DNA of 64,000 nucleotides from a virus (lineage: Duplodnaviria > Caudoviricetes): positions 1 to 64,000 of IMG/VR virus record IMGVR_UViG_3300021387_000034; one strand, written 5' to 3'. The notes beneath the pieces are model-generated. The model had not been told where the DNA came from and ran no database searches. It was given only the letters and a program-made list of their open reading frames with translations. A program made the position numbers and the translations under genes. Shown here piece by piece: positions 36,794-46,281 of this stretch (positions are counted from its first letter, which is position 1; every line of letters starts with the position of its first letter).

Positions 36794-37073
36794 TAATGTT
36801 GACAAGTTTAGCGAAATCCTTTGGGAAATGAGCGAAACGTATAAAAAGAAAAATGCTGACTATGGAAATAGTTTTGGCGATACGATAAAAGAGTTCGGTT
36901 TTATACCTGCCGTTGCGCGTATCAACGATAAACTTAACCGTATCAAGAAAATGGTTAAGGGCGAAAAGATGAATATTGAAGAAAGTATGCAAGACAATTT
37001 GATTGATATTGCCGTATATAGTATATTGACAGTTTTAGAATTAGACAATCAAGAAAATGGGAAAAATACATGA
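36759..37073 (+). CDS. DUF1599-like (nucleotide-modification-associated, alpha-helical NTP-PPase-like) protein
   Basis: YKKKNADYGNSF...RINDKLNR...ESMQDNLIDIAVYSIL. Confidence 0.8.
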   Translation: MNTKKIIKMESSNVDKFSEILWEMSETYKKKNADYGNSFGDTIKEFGFIPAVARINDKLNRIKKMVKGEKMNIEESMQDNLIDIAVYSILTVLELDNQENGKNT

Positions 37074-37713
37074 CTTAAAATGTCAACGTTTTGGCCGGCT
37101 AATTGTGAAAGATTTTGTTGGACTAAATAAAAATAGAAAGGCGACATGGGATTGCTTGTGTGATTGTGGTAAAAAAGTTACCGTTGTGGGGACATCTTTA
37201 ATTAATGGCTCAACAACATCTTGTGGATGCTACGCTTTGAAATCAAAACAAGAAAGATTTAAAAAGCACGGTTTAAGGAATCACGATTTGTACAAAACGT
37301 GGCTTAACATAAAAGCGCGTTGTTATAATCCTAAAAATAATCATTACAAATACTACGGCGAACGTGGGATTAAAATGTGTGATGAGTGGAAAGATAATTT
37401 TGATAACTTTTTTAATTGGGCAATTAATAACGGATGGAAACGTGGACTGTCAATAGAAAGGATTGACAACAACAAACAATATGAGCCACAAAACTGCAAA
37501 TGGATAGACATTGGTAAGCAGTCTCAAAATAGAACAACAAACCATTATGTTGCTGACAAAAACGGAAACGTTTATACTATTGCAGAAATTTCTCGAAAAA
37601 CAAATATCAATGCGCACACATTATATTCTTGTTATAATAAACATAAAAGCATTTTGCCAACATTATATTTGCGAGGTATATATGATTATGTTGAAACAGA
37701 TAACCAAAAATAA
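37057..37713 (+). CDS. HNH-type homing endonuclease
   Basis: WDCLCDCG; SCGC; LY.TW.NIKARC.N; YYGERGI; SIERIDNN..YEP.NCKW. Confidence 0.8.
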   Translation: MGKIHDLKCQRFGRLIVKDFVGLNKNRKATWDCLCDCGKKVTVVGTSLINGSTTSCGCYALKSKQERFKKHGLRNHDLYKTWLNIKARCYNPKNNHYKYYGERGIKMCDEWKDNFDNFFNWAINNGWKRGLSIERIDNNKQYEPQNCKWIDIGKQSQNRTTNHYVADKNGNVYTIAEISRKTNINAHTLYSCYNKHKSILPTLYLRGIYDYVETDNQK

Positions 37714-37805
37714 AGCCCTACAAGCGCATTTTATTGCATCGGTAGTCAACTACACCGCAGTTGCATAGAAATGTGCTTAAAACGGCTAAAAAGTGGCTTA
37801 AATCG
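37713..37805. repeat. dispersed degenerate palindromic element, copy 3
   Basis: AAGCCCTACAAGCGCATTT...GGTAGTCAACTACACC...AAATGTGCTTAAAACGGCT...CTTAAATCG. Confidence 0.6.
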
Positions 37806-37819
37806 AAAAATGAATAACC

Positions 37820-38221
37820 ATGAATAGATTTATATTACAAGGTTTTATAAATACAATCAAATATTTGCCTGATGCTTGTTTGATTTTTATTGACGATTAC
37901 GAAGCAGGATTTAAACGTCCAAACGGAGAAATCGTTGATGATAAATATATGTCATGGAAAGTGATTTTCCCAAACGGAATGAAATCCTTTATAAACAAAT
38001 ATTTTGGTAACGGGATGTTAGTGGATATAGTTGCCAAGATGAAGCCCTATGAAATAGAACAAGAAAAAATAGTAGAAGGGTATAGTTGTTTGGGGTTAAG
38101 CATACAAAAAGCAAGTTATCCAAGGTCATCTGTGAAACAAGAACGTAAGATGGTTAAGGAAAGCCTATTACATTCCACAGGGACACCCGATTTGGACGCT
38201 TACAATGAACCCGATTTCTAA
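37820..38221 (+). CDS. OB-fold / SSB-like protein
   Basis: MNRFILQGFI...SWKVIF...GMLVDIVAKM pattern; acidic YNEPDF tail. Confidence 0.5.
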   Translation: MNRFILQGFINTIKYLPDACLIFIDDYEAGFKRPNGEIVDDKYMSWKVIFPNGMKSFINKYFGNGMLVDIVAKMKPYEIEQEKIVEGYSCLGLSIQKASYPRSSVKQERKMVKESLLHSTGTPDLDAYNEPDF

Positions 38222-38276
38222 ATTGTTTATAAACAAGAATATGTTATCATTTACAAATTAAAAAAATCGCGTAATT

Positions 38277-38795
38277 ATGGAAAAAGAACAAGACATGAAA
38301 AAGACCATCTACGTTCTAAATAAAGAAAACGTAGAAATGAGGCGTGAGATTATTTCGTTGAAACGTCAAATCGGTGGTTACAAGGCTGCTAATGAACGTT
38401 ACCGTAAAGACCTTGAAAAGTGCAAGAAAGAAGCACAGAAAGAGGTTTCACGCTTGCATGCTGAACTTAAAAACGCAAAAGCATACACAAATGAAGCGGT
38501 CGAATTGAACGAAAAGAAAGCCTTGCGTATCAACACGCTTGAAAAAGCACTCGATGACATGACTGAACAAAGAGGTGTGGCAATCAAAGATGTTGAAAAG
38601 GTCAATGAAATTAATGCTGAACTTTCCAAAAAACTTGCCGACAAAGACGATGCGCTTACGACCGCAAATGAGAAAGTTGATTTGGTATCGCAAAACAACA
38701 AGGATTTGGCCGACAAGATTTGCGCTTTGCAAGCGCAAATTGATTGGTACAACAACTTGCCTTGGTACAAGAAAATCTTTGTAAAGACGATATGA
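38277..38795 (+). CDS. coiled-coil protein
   Basis: Heptad-rich 172 aa ending in LPWYKKIF. Confidence 0.75.
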   Translation: MEKEQDMKKTIYVLNKENVEMRREIISLKRQIGGYKAANERYRKDLEKCKKEAQKEVSRLHAELKNAKAYTNEAVELNEKKALRINTLEKALDDMTEQRGVAIKDVEKVNEINAELSKKLADKDDALTTANEKVDLVSQNNKDLADKICALQAQIDWYNNLPWYKKIFVKTI

Positions 38796-38826
38796 GTGCA
38801 AACAATTTCCCAGATGTGTTGCTTAA

Positions 38827-38870
38827 AATGAAAGGTCGCTATCCTCACGGACTGCGGCCTTTCTCAACTT
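38827..38870. terminator. hairpin at the convergent junction of the two arms
   Basis: GAAAGG-TCGC...GCGG-CCTTTC; U-rich tail on the minus strand. Confidence 0.45.
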
Positions 38871-38927
38871 CAACAACAAAGTTTTCTTTCTTTGTCTATG
38901 TTAGCATGAAAAACGTAATCATATCTT

Positions 38928-39413
38928 TTATTGCGTCGGTGCATCAAGTGTGTGTAAGGTCAAAGTACCCATTACCCATGATGCGTTTCCTCGTTGCAGT
39001 TTTACAGTCGTAGGTTTGTATTCTTTCAAGCATACACAATGCACATAACGATTGTTTACATAAGAGGATTGTACCCACACGTCACTATTCGTCATATAGT
39101 CAACAAAAGCATTGTGTTGTGTCATAACGTCAATATTATGGTTGGTGGTATACTTGCTATGAACGATGAACGTTATTTCCAAATCAACGTTTTCACGGAT
39201 AACTATTGGGACGTTTTCGTGTTCGGTGGTTATCAAAAAATCCTCTTCTTGCTCGTTTATCCATTGTGCCGTATAGATGTTCACTGGCTTTCCCTTGGAA
39301 AGAAAACCATCAACTTTTAACACACGTACACCATCAAACAATGTAGTAACGTCCGCAAAAGTACCGTTTTCGGTGTTCTTTACGAAATATTTGTTTCTTA
39401 AATCTTGTGCCAT
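38928..39413 (-). CDS. putative distal tail / tail-tip protein
   Basis: Second gene after the tape measure gene; beta-rich; call is positional. Confidence 0.55.
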   Translation of the reverse strand: MAQDLRNKYFVKNTENGTFADVTTLFDGVRVLKVDGFLSKGKPVNIYTAQWINEQEEDFLITTEHENVPIVIRENVDLEITFIVHSKYTTNHNIDVMTQHNAFVDYMTNSDVWVQSSYVNNRYVHCVCLKEYKPTTVKLQRGNASWVMGTLTLHTLDAPTQ

Positions 39414-39425
39414 AATCTTCGTTTC

Positions 39426-40028
39426 CTATAATCTAAGTTCCTTATCAAATGTTTTTACATCTGCAAGACAATACTTGCTAATTTCCACTTGCGCATCTTT
39501 TGAATATTTGTAAATGAAAACTTTGGTCGTTTCATCACCACAATCATCAATCACAATCTTGCTATCATCAAACAAGTAAACGCAAATGGAATTGTACCCT
39601 TCTGGTGAAATCTTAACCGTTGACCCACAACCAATATATATGATAGGACACTTTGTTTCACCTATGCGCAACGTTACATCCTTAACCCACATATACGCAG
39701 TAACATCTGCGCATGGTTTAAGAAAATAATCGTTCTCTCCGACCCACATTTCATAAGTGTACCCATGTTCTCCGTCACAATCTTTAAGCGTTTTGCTACC
39801 ATTGATATAATTGCTAAAGACGTTAAGAATGTATTCCTTGCTTACTCCCTTGCCTTGATAGCAATGCGTGATAATGTATGGCAGTGATTGTTGACGTAAC
39901 GCAAGGCTAATAAGCTTCTCTTTATCATCACCACACGCTCTCCATTCATTCTTATATTCCGCACAAAGCGGGGTCGTTATTGCCCCACTAAGTGCGTTTT
40001 TGTAGAAAGAAAACATTTCCTTTTCCAT
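39426..40028 (-). CDS. hypothetical protein in the tail operon
   Basis: 200 aa directly after the tape measure gene. Confidence 0.65.
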   Translation of the reverse strand: MEKEMFSFYKNALSGAITTPLCAEYKNEWRACGDDKEKLISLALRQQSLPYIITHCYQGKGVSKEYILNVFSNYINGSKTLKDCDGEHGYTYEMWVGENDYFLKPCADVTAYMWVKDVTLRIGETKCPIIYIGCGSTVKISPEGYNSICVYLFDDSKIVIDDCGDETTKVFIYKYSKDAQVEISKYCLADVKTFDKELRL

Positions 40029-40048
40029 ATCAATTTCCTTTTTTTTGT

Positions 40049-43000
40049 TTAACTTACTAATTCAACCATAAATGCACGTCCGCTTGGATTGATGACGTTT
40101 TGCAATAGGTTTTCGATGTTTTGCTGTACAACATACGATTGTTGTAATTGCAAAAGCATTTGCGACAACGTAGCCACTTGTGCGTCAAGTTCAAATCCAA
40201 GGATAGTATCACGAATTTGGGTAAGAATATCGCTTTGCAGATAGACTTGCTGCGATACACTATTCATGTAAGCCTCAATAGCCCCAGCCGTATCTTCGCT
40301 TACGCTGGCAATGCCTTGTTGTAATTTGCTAAGTGCTTGTTCGCTTGTAGCGTCTTTGATAAGCCCCATTTCATGCAAGATATTTTCAAGTTCACTGATA
40401 TATCCTTCAAGTTCGGGCGAAACATCACGCAAGTCACCTGCCCAACGGCGAATATCATCCGTTGTCGGTGTGGTAGCTTCCTCTAATGCTTTTTGCGCTT
40501 GGTTTATGTAGCCTTCCATCATGGCTTTCCATTCTTCGTATGTTATTTTTTGCCAGCCTTTTGTAAGGTAATCATAATAAGCCGTTCCCCAATCTGTTGT
40601 GTAAGCCCAACCTCCATCTTTGTTTTTTAATAAATAGTAACCTTCGCCAGTATCGTTTGTGATGGTTTTTATGTGGTCATAGGCGTTTCGCATTTTAACC
40701 AAAATATCATCCCAACCCTTACCACGTTCTTGAATATCTTTGTCAATATTTTCCCAAATATTATTAATCATTGGGCCAAGTATTCTTGCAGCGAACACTT
40801 GTTTAATCATGTTAGCAATCATATCATCAATGCTACCATTGAAAACTTGCATAGCGTCTTCCCCGTTGCGTAAAGCGTTCACAATATCATCCATCATGGC
40901 TTTTACGGCATCGGAAACACTTGAAATACCTAAGAACGAATTTGTTATGTCATTACGCATATCCTTTAGTTCGTTCTCTAATTCGATAATTTGTCCTTCT
41001 AAGTCGGCAATACGTCCCGCATCGCGTTTCTTGCTTGACTTCCCCCTTTCAAGTTGCAATTGGCGTTGTAATTCCGCAAGTTGTAATTCCTTGTTGACAA
41101 TAGCTGCCTTACGTGCTCCGATTTGTTGCGCACCGAAAGCTTCTTCTATCGCACGTTGCAAGTTCTTGTAGGCGTTTTCAAGTCGTTTAACGGCAAGTTC
41201 CGAGTTTTTAATTTCTCTATCTATCTTTTTGTCGCGATTGTCCATCCAAGTTCCAATAACGCTTGTAACACCGCTTAAAACGCTTGCAGCACCGCCTATG
41301 TAGTCGCCGCTTGCTATCTGTCCTATTCCTTGTGCGGCTGTAGCAACGCCTCCTATTGATGTTGCAATGTCGTTAATTGTCTCCACAGTATTTTCATCAG
41401 CGCCAAGTGCTTCTGCAAAGCTGCCAATTTCCTTTGTTATGTTTGCCACCTTTTGCATTTCACCACCGATAGCATCCATCCCAGATGCGAAGTTTTTCAA
41501 ACCGCCACCTTCTTTCTTTGAGAAACTATCCTTTATCTTTTCCCAAGGGCTGCTTTCAGCTATCTTTTGCTGAACGCCATCAATTTGCTTGTTTATCTTA
41601 ATGTATTCTTCAAGAGAAATTGTAGTCTTTTTAATTTGCCCTTGTTTGTCTTTGGCAAATATATCATACACGACTTTTCCCTTGTTGTCAGTCCTTTGTG
41701 TGTATCCAACTCCGCTGTTACCTTGTCTTGGAGACATTACTTCCTTTGCTACTTTGGCAATCTCTTTTAGTTTTCTTACACTAACATTATACATGTCGCC
41801 GAATAAGTTCTCATAGAATGGAAGCAATTTTACGCTTTCCATCTTCAACTTTTCTATTGCCTCTTTTTGTTCTTGTATGCGAAGTTCTAACAAATGTTTC
41901 AGCCTTGCATTTGTTTCATTTGCAGCTTGGTCTTCAAGTTTTTTTAACTTGGCGTTTTCTATTTCTATCTTTTTGTTTATGTCACCGAGTTTGTATTCAA
42001 GGTCTTGTATTGATTTAACCGTATCTTGCGCCCACTTCTTAGCAACACCTTGTGCTTCTTTGAACTTTGGCGTTATCTTGTCGAGCGCATCCGTGTTTTT
42101 GCCAATAACATTTCCGTTCTCGTCAAGTACATCAACGACAAGACCGACTTGTTTACCCCATTCTTCCCATTCTTTGGCACCAGCCTTGAAAATATTGAGA
42201 GGAACATCGAGGTTTAGTTTCTTTCTTGCGTTATCAAATTCTTGTTGTACGCGTGACATGTATTCGTCAATCGTTTTTGGAAAATCTGATGCGTCAATAT
42301 TGAACATGTCAAGAAACATATTACCCAATTCTGGATTAGCATCCAACTCGACTGCCAACTCGTATTCATCTTTCAATTTTCCAAGTTCGCTATTCAAGCC
42401 GTCTGTAATCATTTTCATGTCGTAGGTCTTTGCATCAATCGTAAGTTTTTGGATTTCCACTTCCAAATCCTTTAGGCTCGATGTCTTGACCTTACCGCTT
42501 GCAATAAGCGTATCGCGTTGCTTTGTAAGGCTATCAAGCAGTTGTCTAACGTTCTTACCCGCGAAGTCACTTGCGTTAAACTTGCTAATGCCAAATTTTT
42601 GCAATACGTTGTTAACACGTTCAAGCGTCAATTCGTAGCCTTGTGCGGAAAGTTTAAGTGCATCGGTATCTCTTATGCCTGCCTTGCGTAACTTGTCGTA
42701 GTTGCTACGCATTTCCTTGATGATAGACAATTCTTGTTTTATTGCTTCGGCAACGTAATCCGTACTTGTCTTACCCTTTGTCTTTTTCTCTTTTTCGTAA
42801 GATTGATTAAAGAGGTCGAGTAAGTTCTTGCGTTGTTGAATTTCATCATTGTTAGCTTTAATTTGGGCTTTTGACCATTTGGAACTATCTTTTGCATACA
42901 ACTTGTTCTGTTCTCGTAAAGCTTTGATAGCATCTTGTTGAGTCTTAACCCATGTTTGTAAGTTGTCGTTTTGCGTTGGCAACATAGAATCATTACCAAA

Positions 43001-45865
43001 ATCAAGTACCTTTGGTGCTTTCCCGATACGCTCTTGTACTTGCTTTTGGAAGTCGGTTAATTGTTGAGCGTTGAAAGCGATGCCAATTTGTATTCTTAAT
43101 TGACTTGCGTCGTCAACCATTTTCTTGATGGCATCATAATACAAAGGCATTGCATCTTTAAAATGTTCTAAGTTTTGGTCAATAGCCTTTTGCTGCTCGT
43201 CTATTTGTGCATCCGAAAGCCCTTTACCTGTTTTAATCCATTCATCAGTAATATCTTCAAAAGCATGATGGTAGTTATGTTTTAACCGTTCCATGAACAT
43301 AGCCCACAAAGACGCATTTTTATCAACTGCTCCGTTGGTGAGTGCGGACATACGTTCGTCTAACGACACGTCAAACAATGTAGCCAATTCGCCCTTGATT
43401 TCAGGGTTACGTGTTTTGATTTGCGCCCTTACACGTGAAAGTATTTCGTTGATTTGCAATGGGTCTGTAATGTTATATGCCGTTATGAAATTATTGATGC
43501 TTTCGGCAGTTGTTTCAATCTCTTCAAGAAATTCTTCTCTGTCGTTTTTGTATTCACCAATCTTTCCCATCCATTCCATTGCAGCCTGCATATCCTTGTT
43601 GTTTTTGCGTGCAATTTCAAGATATTTGTTTGTTGTGTCTGCGTAATCTTTAAGGTCGCTTACCAACCCTTCGCCAAACACACCCCACCATCCCTTGTCG
43701 GAAGTAAGCTCTATTGTATCGTCTCGTAAGTCTTGTAGTGCTGCTTGAGCCTTTTGTATTTTTTCTACATAGTCAAATCCTTTTGCGACACGTTCATTTA
43801 CGTTATTTATTTGCCAAAGTTCACCGATTAAAGCGTTTGCAGACGATGCGGATTGGTTAAGTTGTTGTTCTACACTTTCCCACGCTTTTGCGGCTTGTTC
43901 TGCGGAAAGTTTGCCTTCTTTTGCCGCCTCGCGTATCGCTTTGTTGCCCTTGTTATTCAGCCAATCAATATTAGAATTGGATGCTTCGGTAGCATTTTTA
44001 CGTATTTCATCATTAAGTTTTTCCAATTCAATACGTGCCGCACGGAATTGTCCTATAAGGTCTGTAACGGCTAATAATCCCAAGAATACCCATGTCCAAG
44101 GATTTGCAGCCATTGCACCAATTGACTTGCCAAGTCCTTTTATGGTGTTTGCAAGAAAGCCCATTTGTTTTGCTGTGCTTCCTGCTGACGCAGCCCATGC
44201 CATGTTGTTACGGATGGCAATCATTTGGGCAACTTTCAAAAAACCAAGCGAAAGTATAACGTTCTCTAAGACGCGATTAACCGAAGACCAATTTTGCAGC
44301 AACGCTTTCAATCCTTGTATTGGTAACGAAAGCAATGCTTGATTATTCTCACCCATTTCGTTAAGCATATTGTTATATGCAAGGGTAAGATTAGCCATTT
44401 GCACACGTAACGTTTCGGCTTGCTTGGCTTGGAACTCAAAGAACTTTCCGCCTTGGTCGGTTATCTTGTTTAATACCGCCATAACATCGGTGTAGGAAAC
44501 CATCTTATTTTTCATTCTGTCAAACACATCTCCCGTGCTGACCACTTTACCTTCAAGTTCGGTGTAGTAGTTGGCAAGCATAGGAACGATAGCCAAACCT
44601 GCATTGGCAAAGTCACGCGCATCACGTGCTGTAAGAACCGTTTGCGCACGTATCTGACCAAGGTTGTAAACCAATCGTTCCATAGGCACACCCAAAGCCG
44701 CGCTAATATCCGCAAGCCTACGTGTAGTGTCAACAACCTCGTTAGCTTCAAAGTTATATGCTGTAAGTTGTTTTGCAGCACCAGCAAGTTCCATAAGCGT
44801 GAATGGCGACTCAATAGCCATTGTATTCAACTCTTGGAATATCTGTGAACCTTTCTCAAAAGAATTAACCAACACACCTAACGAACGCTCTAATAATTCG
44901 TATTGCCCACGAATTTCATAGATTTGCTTAGTAAAATTGGTTATCGCACCAAGTGTAAGCGCATAGACGACGCGATTACGTATATATCCAAAAGATTGTG
45001 CCAACATATTGTTTGAATGTGTGGCTTGTATGTTTCTACCAAGCAATTCGGATTGCAAACGTGAAAGCCTTTGGTATTCATCTCCTAATCTTTTTACTTG
45101 TGTAGCATTATTTGGGTTAATGGAAACTCGTTTTAAAGCAGCCATCTTTTTTGCGATAGCATCAACGCTTGATTCGTCCATGCCAAGAACGTCACGCATC
45201 TTCAAAGGTTGCTTGCTACGTATCTTGTCTATCTTATCGCGTAACTTGTCGATTTCCCTTGAAACGGATTGGATTTCCGAAGGCTTGAAAAAACCTGCAT
45301 TGCGCATACTATTGCGAATACGTTCAAGGGCTTGTATTTGTTTTTCTATTTGTGCTACATCGTTGTTGGGAAGCAACTTTGCCGATTTTAGACTTTCTTT
45401 TATTCTTGCGCGTGTTATTTCTTCTGTTGTCCTAAGTTCATCTCTAAGATTGCTTCTTAATTTCCCATGTATGTTAACTTGTTCTTGTAACGCAATCGTT
45501 CCACGTTGTTGTTGGTTTACAATTTCCGCTTGTTCTTTTATTCTTGCCCTTAATTCCGCAATGGTGTTAGGTTGTGCGCTTGAACCACCACCACTTGTAC
45601 CACCACGGCTGCCAACAGCGGATTGTGCCGCTACCATTGCATCAAAAGAACTTGACATATTGCGCCAAGCCTCTTTCATCAAGTCAACACTAACCTTTTG
45701 CGTAACGGCAAAATCTTTCATGGCAAGTTTCATCTTGTCAAGACCTTTGGTGAACTTGTCCGCCATATCGTTAGTTTTATTGCCGACAAATTTAACAAGT
45801 TCATTAATCGAATTACGCAATTCCTTGTCGTTAAGACTACCGACTATTATAACATCGTCATTCAT
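40049..45865 (-). CDS. tail tape measure protein (1938 aa)
   Basis: Long helical protein; tape-measure domain (LERSLGVLV...SPFTLMELAGAAKQL.AY); follows the tail chaperone genes. Confidence 0.92.
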   Translation of the reverse strand: MNDDVIIVGSLNDKELRNSINELVKFVGNKTNDMADKFTKGLDKMKLAMKDFAVTQKVSVDLMKEAWRNMSSSFDAMVAAQSAVGSRGGTSGGGSSAQPNTIAELRARIKEQAEIVNQQQRGTIALQEQVNIHGKLRSNLRDELRTTEEITRARIKESLKSAKLLPNNDVAQIEKQIQALERIRNSMRNAGFFKPSEIQSVSREIDKLRDKIDKIRSKQPLKMRDVLGMDESSVDAIAKKMAALKRVSINPNNATQVKRLGDEYQRLSRLQSELLGRNIQATHSNNMLAQSFGYIRNRVVYALTLGAITNFTKQIYEIRGQYELLERSLGVLVNSFEKGSQIFQELNTMAIESPFTLMELAGAAKQLTAYNFEANEVVDTTRRLADISAALGVPMERLVYNLGQIRAQTVLTARDARDFANAGLAIVPMLANYYTELEGKVVSTGDVFDRMKNKMVSYTDVMAVLNKITDQGGKFFEFQAKQAETLRVQMANLTLAYNNMLNEMGENNQALLSLPIQGLKALLQNWSSVNRVLENVILSLGFLKVAQMIAIRNNMAWAASAGSTAKQMGFLANTIKGLGKSIGAMAANPWTWVFLGLLAVTDLIGQFRAARIELEKLNDEIRKNATEASNSNIDWLNNKGNKAIREAAKEGKLSAEQAAKAWESVEQQLNQSASSANALIGELWQINNVNERVAKGFDYVEKIQKAQAALQDLRDDTIELTSDKGWWGVFGEGLVSDLKDYADTTNKYLEIARKNNKDMQAAMEWMGKIGEYKNDREEFLEEIETTAESINNFITAYNITDPLQINEILSRVRAQIKTRNPEIKGELATLFDVSLDERMSALTNGAVDKNASLWAMFMERLKHNYHHAFEDITDEWIKTGKGLSDAQIDEQQKAIDQNLEHFKDAMPLYYDAIKKMVDDASQLRIQIGIAFNAQQLTDFQKQVQERIGKAPKVLDFGNDSMLPTQNDNLQTWVKTQQDAIKALREQNKLYAKDSSKWSKAQIKANNDEIQQRKNLLDLFNQSYEKEKKTKGKTSTDYVAEAIKQELSIIKEMRSNYDKLRKAGIRDTDALKLSAQGYELTLERVNNVLQKFGISKFNASDFAGKNVRQLLDSLTKQRDTLIASGKVKTSSLKDLEVEIQKLTIDAKTYDMKMITDGLNSELGKLKDEYELAVELDANPELGNMFLDMFNIDASDFPKTIDEYMSRVQQEFDNARKKLNLDVPLNIFKAGAKEWEEWGKQVGLVVDVLDENGNVIGKNTDALDKITPKFKEAQGVAKKWAQDTVKSIQDLEYKLGDINKKIEIENAKLKKLEDQAANETNARLKHLLELRIQEQKEAIEKLKMESVKLLPFYENLFGDMYNVSVRKLKEIAKVAKEVMSPRQGNSGVGYTQRTDNKGKVVYDIFAKDKQGQIKKTTISLEEYIKINKQIDGVQQKIAESSPWEKIKDSFSKKEGGGLKNFASGMDAIGGEMQKVANITKEIGSFAEALGADENTVETINDIATSIGGVATAAQGIGQIASGDYIGGAASVLSGVTSVIGTWMDNRDKKIDREIKNSELAVKRLENAYKNLQRAIEEAFGAQQIGARKAAIVNKELQLAELQRQLQLERGKSSKKRDAGRIADLEGQIIELENELKDMRNDITNSFLGISSVSDAVKAMMDDIVNALRNGEDAMQVFNGSIDDMIANMIKQVFAARILGPMINNIWENIDKDIQERGKGWDDILVKMRNAYDHIKTITNDTGEGYYLLKNKDGGWAYTTDWGTAYYDYLTKGWQKITYEEWKAMMEGYINQAQKALEEATTPTTDDIRRWAGDLRDVSPELEGYISELENILHEMGLIKDATSEQALSKLQQGIASVSEDTAGAIEAYMNSVSQQVYLQSDILTQIRDTILGFELDAQVATLSQMLLQLQQSYVVQQNIENLLQNVINPSGRAFMVELVS

Positions 45866-45873
45866 ATATATAG

Positions 45874-46281
45874 TTATTTGTTTTCTTTCTTATCAATAAT
45901 CATTTTGCTGTTTTGCGGCCTAACGGGTATATCGATTTCTTCGCCTTCTTTCAAGTCATCAAACTTGCCCAACCCTGCCATGAAATTATCCAATTTCCTT
46001 TGCGATTCCAAAGCCTCCTTATAGTTCGTCCAAACCTTTTTGTCGTGACCGTGCAAATATTTCGTATGCGTATTGTCAACCGCCATGAATTGTATTTGGG
46101 CTATGCTAAGACGGAAAAGATAATCGTCTAATCGGTACTGTGGAAACGCTCGAAGGAAGTCGCTTGCGTCTGCAAGGATTGTGCTTCCATAAATTGTGAT
46201 GCTGTCTCCACTGATTTCTTCTTCCTCGTCAGTAGAGAATTGGTAAGCGTACTCACCGATTTTTTGAGTAAAAAAAAACCC
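45874..46281 (-). CDS. tail assembly chaperone, -1 frame (T-like) extension
   Basis: Open -1 frame entered at slippery site G GGT TTT (46275-46281); FLRAFPQYRLDDYLFRLSIAQIQFM. Confidence 0.7.
   Translation of the reverse strand, partial: GFFFTQKIGEYAYQFSTDEEEEISGDSITIYGSTILADASDFLRAFPQYRLDDYLFRLSIAQIQFMAVDNTHTKYLHGHDKKVWTNYKEALESQRKLDNFMAGLGKFDDLKEGEEIDIPVRPQNSKMIIDKKENK

Noticed and set aside
45009-45899. 296-aa plus-strand ORF, and similar ones at 49512-50300, 50707-51318 and 33490-34119
   Set aside because: Antisense shadows of strongly codon-biased genes, with no motifs or expression signals.
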